From IMG/VR virus record IMGVR_UViG_3300028364_001588: 64,000 nt of DNA, one strand, 5' to 3'. Positions 58,562 to 64,000 of this stretch are shown here, piece after piece; the stretch's first letter is position 1; the number at the start of each line of letters is the position of its first letter. The translations under genes were made by a program, and so were the position numbers. The notes below the pieces were generated by a model, which did no database searches, was not told where the DNA came from, and was given only the letters and a program-made list of their open reading frames with translations. Source of the DNA: a virus.

Positions 58562-59723
58562 CTTTGTACTGATTTAATAAATTATTAATATTTTCTTTCT
58601 CTCCCTCCGTAGTGTATTTACTAAGAGTGTCTTCGTATGTTTTTTGGATGTCTTCATTATCCATATCACCATTCAACCATTTGTCGATAGCAATTCCAAG
58701 AATTTCTGCAGTTTGAAAAATGTCACCATTGTTACACCAGAAACCGTTTTCGTTATTCATATACTCTTTACCACCGAATGAAGCCCAACCAATAGTATGA
58801 GTTCCACAAGCCATTGCTTCAAGTGGTGCTGTACCAAATCCTGCAATGTCATCTGTATACAAGTAGAATGCACAATTTCCTAATCTCTCAGCAAATTGCT
58901 CTCTATCCATACCTTCGAGTTCTTGGAATCTTACCCACTTAAGGTGAGGATAGAATGCGTAGAACGTCTTGATGATGTTATAAGTCTTAAGTTTGTTTTC
59001 TGGACCTCTTGATGCAGAGAATGCTACCATTGGTAATTTGTCCGACATTTTTTCAGGAACTTTAAAGTATTCTCTATTGATTCCTTGTTTAAAATCTTTA
59101 ATGTTAAGACCTGGCATAACTGATACTAAGTATTCAGAAATTGCGTCTGATGCTGAAATTACATCTGTAATCCCAAAGTGTTGCCACTTTTCTCCTGGCT
59201 GCATTGCATTTAATACATAAAACCAGCTTTGTGCAAATATAATTCTCTTACAAGAAACTTGCATTGTTTTCTTCATTACATCTGGAAAACCTTCAGGAAT
59301 GATTAAGAAATCTTCTGGACTTACATTAAGAGGAATACAATCTTGTTCAGTTCCATCTGAAAATTTAATTTTTTTATCTCCAAGAGGACTAATTGAAATA
59401 TTTGAGATGTCAAAATCAACCCACTTAGGATTGAACTTCTCAAAAATATCTGTTTGTTTCTTAGCTTTTGCAGAAGCTTCATAAGAAGCTCTTTGGTCTT
59501 GTCTTGGTTCATAAACAATCTCTACATCAAATCCATCATCTGATAAATTTTTAGCTGCTTTTAAAATTACCCCAATCCCACCACTTGGCGAATTCATTGG
59601 TGGACAATAAAAGTAAGTCTTAAATTTGTTTTCTCTAAGATTACTAATCGCATTGTCGATTACCTCATTTTGAGTTGGCTGTCTTTCTTGTTGTACTTCT
59701 TGTACTTCAGTGTTGTTTTCCAT
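58524..59723 (-). CDS. glycosyltransferase (GT-B, GT4-like)
   Basis: PSGGIGV, IIPEG and GFGTAPLEAMACG. Confidence 0.8.
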   Translation of the reverse strand: MENNTEVQEVQQERQPTQNEVIDNAISNLRENKFKTYFYCPPMNSPSGGIGVILKAAKNLSDDGFDVEIVYEPRQDQRASYEASAKAKKQTDIFEKFNPKWVDFDISNISISPLGDKKIKFSDGTEQDCIPLNVSPEDFLIIPEGFPDVMKKTMQVSCKRIIFAQSWFYVLNAMQPGEKWQHFGITDVISASDAISEYLVSVMPGLNIKDFKQGINREYFKVPEKMSDKLPMVAFSASRGPENKLKTYNIIKTFYAFYPHLKWVRFQELEGMDREQFAERLGNCAFYLYTDDIAGFGTAPLEAMACGTHTIGWASFGGKEYMNNENGFWCNNGDIFQTAEILGIAIDKWLNGDMDNEDIQKTYEDTLSKYTTEGEKENINNLLNQYKDERIKELESLKQ

Positions 59724-59810
59724 GAAATTATATTTATTTCGATTAATTAAAGTTCTAACGTGTATTCGAAATAAATATAGAAAGCATAAATAGTAAAATA
59801 AATAGTTTTT

Positions 59811-59846
59811 AAAAAAAAGACCAAGAAATTAATCTTGGTCTTTTTT
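59811..59846. terminator. intrinsic terminator (bidirectional form)
   Basis: A-run AGACCAAGA...TCTTGGTCT T-run. Confidence 0.85.
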
Positions 59847-59856
59847 AAATTTGTAA

Positions 59857-60050
59857 TTGCAGCGACTAAAGAGAGTCTAACAGCAGGCCAGACTTGTAAG
59901 CTTGTCCAGAATCAAATCCTGCCTTTTCAGCTTGTTCAGATTATCATCCTGCTTCTAAATTCCACGAGTCTTCCTGGGTCTTGTATTATGGTTTACGCAA
60001 GGTTACTGGTTTGCTCTCACTAATGTTAACCTTTTTTCGTGTCGCTACAA
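59857..60050 (-). ncRNA. putative structured non-coding RNA
   Basis: Terminal 10-bp stem TTGTAGCGAC/GTCGCTGCAA (one G-U), internal stems and a 30-nt tandem repeat, followed by a terminator. Confidence 0.5.
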
Positions 60051-60056
60051 AACAAA

Positions 60057-60899
60057 TTATGCTTTATTTTCAGTATCTTCCTTAAGATTTGAATCATCTT
60101 CACCAACAGTGTCTCCATCAACTACTGCAGAAAAGAAAGTGTTATTATCCATTGCCATATTTTCAAGCGTAACATCTCCAAGAGAAGCTGACACTGAATA
60201 TGAAACATTGCTCATTTGAGCTCTTGACACAATACCTCTTGACAAAGTATCATAAGCTACAGAAGCACCTCCAGCTGTTGACGCATAGTTCATAGCGTTT
60301 CCAGAAGAAATACCAAATCTACTTGCAGCTAAAACAGCATCTTGATTTGCTCCCATGTAACTAAATGTCCAAGCTCCAGTTTTTTCAAGTTCACTAACAA
60401 TTTTTTTAATGGAGTCAGAACTATGCTCTCTCGAAGCGTTTTCGTCACCATCAGTCATAACAACAACAAGCGCTGTTGAAAGATTTTCGCTTTCTTTGTT
60501 TTTCTTATCCAATTGAACTCTAAGGTTTGAGATACCAACTCCCATTGCATCATGCAAGGCTGTACCACCTCTTGGAGGGAACTCTGTACCATCAAAGTTT
60601 TTAACACTTGAAATAGGTTCGTTTTCCAACACTGTGTCAATTTCTGTATCAAACACAACAAGAGATACAAAATATCTTTGTTCAGGATATTTCTCCTCAA
60701 GGTGTCTAATTGTTCCAAGCTGTTCATTTAATCCGCTAATTGTCGAATTCCAGCAAGAGCTCATAGAACCACTTCTATCTAACACTAATAAATAGTGTGT
60801 GTCTAAATTTTTGTCTACCGTTGTGGTAGTAGTTGTAACTACAGTTGTAGTCGTTTTTGTAACAGTCTTCTTTTTTGAATCTTTTTTGTTTTTTGCCAT
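60057..60899 (-). CDS. von Willebrand factor A domain protein
   Basis: MIDAS LDRSGSM, GGTALHDA, VMTDGDENAS and YMGAN. Confidence 0.88.
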   Translation of the reverse strand: MAKNKKDSKKKTVTKTTTTVVTTTTTTVDKNLDTHYLLVLDRSGSMSSCWNSTISGLNEQLGTIRHLEEKYPEQRYFVSLVVFDTEIDTVLENEPISSVKNFDGTEFPPRGGTALHDAMGVGISNLRVQLDKKNKESENLSTALVVVMTDGDENASREHSSDSIKKIVSELEKTGAWTFSYMGANQDAVLAASRFGISSGNAMNYASTAGGASVAYDTLSRGIVSRAQMSNVSYSVSASLGDVTLENMAMDNNTFFSAVVDGDTVGEDDSNLKEDTENKA

Positions 60900-60983
60900 T
60901 GTGTAATTTTTTAATAAGTAATTCTAAATACTATTTAAAAAAAATTATGGACATAACAAAGTGTTTTTGAAAATTGAGGTAAA

Positions 60984-61703
60984 TTATTTTTTCTCCTTAT
61001 CTCCAACAAACAAATCCTCTATAAAAGAAGGGTTAACATCTCTAATAGATTTGAAGCTATGTTCAACTTCATCGTACTGATTAAATGGGTGCTCTATTTT
61101 TATAATAGTTTTTCCTTTTGGTACATTTTGAATAACTTCAGGAACACAATCAATTATAATATCACAATAATCCCATTTTTCATAATCCTCTTGAATGAAT
61201 GCTATGTTTCTAACTCTACACGCATTCTTTGCAAGGAAGTGAAATGTAGCTGGAATCGCTTTACTATCTGTATTAGATATAAGAATTGTTTTATAAAGAT
61301 TATTTTGAAGCCCGTAAGCCTGAATTCTGTTTAGCGCATCTGAAGCTCCTTCATACTCATCAGCGTCTCCATATATCTTGAAGGGCTTGATGTTGTTCAT
61401 GAAGTTTAAAAGAGCCTCTTCTGGTGATAATACAGTTTCTCCATCAAGAGCAATTTCCTCTCCGAACTTGTAGTGGTTGTTCAAGTTGTATGTATTAACT
61501 GGAAGAGATATAAGCTCTTTCTCTTGAAGGTTTATTCTTTTTTCAAGATTTTCCAACTCTTCTTCAGTGTTCTCCTTTACAGTCATATCTTTGTTCATCT
61601 CTACAAGAGATGGATTGTGGATATATTTACTTCTGTATTGTTTATCAAACGCACTATGAAGGTCTCTCAATACTCCGTCAATGCTAATTCCTAATGTTTT
61701 CAT
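60984..61703 (-). CDS. HAD-superfamily 5'(3')-nucleotidase-like protein (motif I degenerate)
   Basis: ISIDGVLRD, DIIIDC and HPFN. Confidence 0.6.
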   Translation of the reverse strand: MKTLGISIDGVLRDLHSAFDKQYRSKYIHNPSLVEMNKDMTVKENTEEELENLEKRINLQEKELISLPVNTYNLNNHYKFGEEIALDGETVLSPEEALLNFMNNIKPFKIYGDADEYEGASDALNRIQAYGLQNNLYKTILISNTDSKAIPATFHFLAKNACRVRNIAFIQEDYEKWDYCDIIIDCVPEVIQNVPKGKTIIKIEHPFNQYDEVEHSFKSIRDVNPSFIEDLFVGDKEKK

Positions 61704-61749
61704 TTTCTAAATTTATAATGTCCTGGTAAATAGTTGTAGAAATTTAAAC

Positions 61750-61780
61750 AAAAAAAAGAGGAATATCAAATTCCTCTTTC
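61750..61780 (-). terminator. intrinsic terminator
   Basis: AAAGAGGAAT-N5-ATTCCTCTTT plus T-run directly after the orphan 3' end at 61784. Confidence 0.8.
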
Positions 61781-61783
61781 ATC

Positions 61784-61822
61784 TTATTCAAATGTTGTAT
61801 ATCCTCCACGTATGAAGTGTAT
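61784..61822 (-). pseudogene. orphaned original 3' end of the A1-like gene
   Basis: IHFIRGGYTTFE* versus the current end IHFIRGCFTTLD*. Confidence 0.8.
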
Positions 61823-62748
61823 TTATATAAATAAAATTTTTACCTATTTATAAATTATGAAAACAAATAAGTTTATAGAAGAGTCGATTAAAATTCATGG
61901 AAATCGCTATAATTATAAAAACACAAAATACACAAACGCAAGAACTAAAATTAAAATAATTTGCCCAGAACACAATGAGTTTGAACAGTTGCCTGGAAAT
62001 CACAAAAGAGGTAATGGATGTCCTAAGTGTATTTATAACAAATTAACTAAAAAAGAAGTTTTAAAGCAATTTAAAAAAATACATGGAGATAAATATGATT
62101 ATTCTTTAATTGATTACAATGGAGATAATGTTAAAGTAAAAATAATTTGTTCAGAACATGGAGTATTTAAACAAGTTCCAGGAATACACAAATTAGGTAG
62201 TGGTTGCAAAAAATGCGCTGGACTTGAGAAATTAGATAATGAAAAAGTGGTGGAGCAATTTAAAGAAACACATGGAGATAAATATAATTATTCTTTAATT
62301 AACTATATTAATGCTCATACAAAAGTTAATATTATATGTCCAGAGCATGGAAGGTGGAGACAAACTCCAAATAATCATAAAAACGGAAATGGGTGTCCTA
62401 TATGTAAAGAATCTAAAGGAGAAAGAAAAATCAGAAATTTATTAAATGAAAATAAAGTCAATTTCATCTCGCAATATAAATTTAAAGATTGCAAAAATAT
62501 ATTGCAATTACCTTTCGATTTTTATTTACCAGAATATAATATATGCATTGAATACAATGGAATGCAACATTATAAACCAATTGAACACTTTGGGGGTAGA
62601 CTTGGTTTCAAAAAAAGAATTATTAATGATAATATAAAAAAAGGATATTGTGAAAAAAACAATATCCTTTTAATAACTATTAACTACAACGAAGATGTAG
62701 AGAAAAAACTTAATCTAAAGTGGTAAAACACCCTCGTATAAAGTGTAT
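61823..62748. mobile_element. homing-endonuclease cassette B (endonuclease + recoded host-gene end)
   Basis: Bounded by two versions of the same last 12 codons plus stop (29/39 nt identical). Confidence 0.75.
61857..62726 (+). CDS. putative homing endonuclease (DUF723-like Zn-finger repeats plus Vsr/DUF559-like nuclease)
   Basis: Three HG..Y.Y...IICPEH...H..G.GCxxC repeats; ESKGE, PFDFYL and IEYNGMQH; paralogue of 37902..38837. Confidence 0.82.
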   Translation: MKTNKFIEESIKIHGNRYNYKNTKYTNARTKIKIICPEHNEFEQLPGNHKRGNGCPKCIYNKLTKKEVLKQFKKIHGDKYDYSLIDYNGDNVKVKIICSEHGVFKQVPGIHKLGSGCKKCAGLEKLDNEKVVEQFKETHGDKYNYSLINYINAHTKVNIICPEHGRWRQTPNNHKNGNGCPICKESKGERKIRNLLNENKVNFISQYKFKDCKNILQLPFDFYLPEYNICIEYNGMQHYKPIEHFGGRLGFKKRIINDNIKKGYCEKNNILLITINYNEDVEKKLNLKW

Positions 62749-63999
62749 CTGCTGGGCTTTTCCATCTGAGTGAATAATTGAGTGTGATTGCAACCACGGG
62801 CTTGCTCCAATATTATATCCAACTCTAAGAATTGTAGAAGTTCCTACTTGAATTACTCCATCCATACGGCCTGGAGAGTGTGAATGTCCAATAATCATTT
62901 TTGTACTCAACTTTCTAAACTGAACAATTGACCCACGACTACCTGAAGCTCCGATGTCTCCATGTTGTCCAACTTCCCATTCATGAATTCTATGAGTGTG
63001 GCTTCTGCCCAGTGTAATGAAATTAGGAAACTTTTCGTTAATCAAATAAGGAATAACTCCATCTGGAGCATCTTCCCCAAGCAACAAAGCCGCATAGTTC
63101 ATGTAACAAAGAGAGTTTTTCATTGTTGACTCTTTTCTCCAATCAACATCTCTAAGCCATCTGTCAAGGAAATCATCATGATTACTTCTAACTATGACTG
63201 TCTTATATTCTCTGAATGCCTCAAGGCCATCAAGCATAAAATCAATCTCTTTTTTAAGGTCGTTCTTTCCAGAGATTTCCTTTTTGTATTGAGCAAACGC
63301 ATCCTTTCTGTCGTGATGACTAATAGAGTGTCCGTCAAAAACATCATGAAGAACTACCTCTTTAGGCTTCAGCTTTTTAAACAAAACATTTAAAGTTGTA
63401 TTCATTACATCTTTATCTGTTTCGCCAAAGTGAATATCCCCAAGAATAGCGCCATCAATAGACTTATTTCTCTTTATAACTGTTTTACCAATCAACTCTT
63501 CTCCTTGAAATGTTAGGCCAGGTATTAAATCAACCTCTTCATAACCACCATCAAAAGACACATTATAATAAAGGTCGTTAAAATTACCATCTTCCGTTGC
63601 AGTGACTTGCCTTGTGTAAAAAACTTCTTCATCTTTAATCTCAACAACAACAAAACCAAGGGTGTGGTGAAACTCTCCTTTCTTTCCTGCTTTTGAGTCT
63701 GTATAATTTTCTAAAGTTACAGCTCCAGTTGTCATCATCATCTTTGGTGCTGTACCTTCTAATGCAGAAACCATTTTCATTTGCATCTTAGGGTGTCCAA
63801 ATATAGATGATTCTGGTCCAGAAAAACCTTCCAATGCTGTCATTGGGTTTGTGGCTGTAGGAGAAATTTTGACATCACCACAAACAATCAATCGCTTGTG
63901 AGCATTTTGTCTTGCGGCAAATAAATAAGGCTCTACTCTTGAGTGCCATGATTCAAAATCTTTATCATCAAATACAGATGTTGGATTTTTGTATCTACC
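62710..63999 (-). CDS. T5 A1-like calcineurin-type metallophosphoesterase/nuclease, 5' end outside the window
   Basis: TTGAVT..NYT..KAG.K.EFHH, GDIH, HD, SNHD, HGD and GHSH; frame open to the window edge. Confidence 0.7.
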   Translation of the reverse strand, partial: GRYKNPTSVFDDKDFESWHSRVEPYLFAARQNAHKRLIVCGDVKISPTATNPMTALEGFSGPESSIFGHPKMQMKMVSALEGTAPKMMMTTGAVTLENYTDSKAGKKGEFHHTLGFVVVEIKDEEVFYTRQVTATEDGNFNDLYYNVSFDGGYEEVDLIPGLTFQGEELIGKTVIKRNKSIDGAILGDIHFGETDKDVMNTTLNVLFKKLKPKEVVLHDVFDGHSISHHDRKDAFAQYKKEISGKNDLKKEIDFMLDGLEAFREYKTVIVRSNHDDFLDRWLRDVDWRKESTMKNSLCYMNYAALLLGEDAPDGVIPYLINEKFPNFITLGRSHTHRIHEWEVGQHGDIGASGSRGSIVQFRKLSTKMIIGHSHSPGRMDGVIQVGTSTILRVGYNIGASPWLQSHSIIHSDGKAQQIHFIRGCFTTLD

Positions 64000-64000
64000 A

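Noticed and set aside
59857-60899. Ro60/Y-RNA system or CsrB RNA
   Set aside because: The vWA protein has no TROVE domain. The GGA motifs are mostly in predicted stems and no CsrA gene is present, so no family name was assigned.
593-63393. Numerous antisense and alternate-frame ORFs in the track (e.g. 593..934, 17736..18350, 22792..23373, 45107..45652, 48478..49068)
   Set aside because: They are shadows of longer coding genes, with Ser/Phe/Leu-rich composition and no motifs or start signals.
1-64000. Stop-codon reassignment as in Lak-type megaphages
   Set aside because: Long genes are intact in the standard bacterial code, TAG and TGA end genes at coupled junctions, and reading through the sbcD TAG meets TAA soon after.
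1-64000. tRNA or rRNA genes
   Set aside because: No cloverleaf with a T-loop GTTCRA and acceptor stem was seen in the few intergenic gaps.

Overview
AT-rich, gene-dense segment of a large (jumbo-type) T4-like myophage. The host is most likely a member of Bacteroidota, based on TAnnTTTG host-type promoters and DUF4494 and Hc1-like genes. The left part (1-27 kb) holds many acidic putative head-packaged proteins, a PcfJ-like protein, translation initiation factor IF-3, an amidase endolysin, a SNF2 helicase, a PD-(D/E)XK nuclease, a split Mre11-Rad50 (SbcD/SbcC) gene, primase and RuvC. The middle (27-56 kb) is a tail/baseplate cluster (gp6-, gp25- and gp5-like, P2 gpI-like, Calx-beta, LRR). The right part has a gp55-like late sigma factor, two glycosyltransferases, a vWA protein followed by a probable structured ncRNA, a HAD-like protein and a T5 A1-like phosphoesterase. 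The most striking structure is a set of free-standing homing-endonuclease cassettes. Two sit inside genes and supply a recoded duplicate of the displaced gene terminus, with the orphaned original still visible on the far side. One fractures the Mre11 domain. Two carry ADP-ribosyltransferase-like cargo genes that have a head-protein-type N-terminal motif. A TATTTAT(A/T) motif precedes most late genes. Several abrupt deletion-like junctions may be real decay or assembly artefacts. All family calls are from motif recognition by eye; no database search was run.
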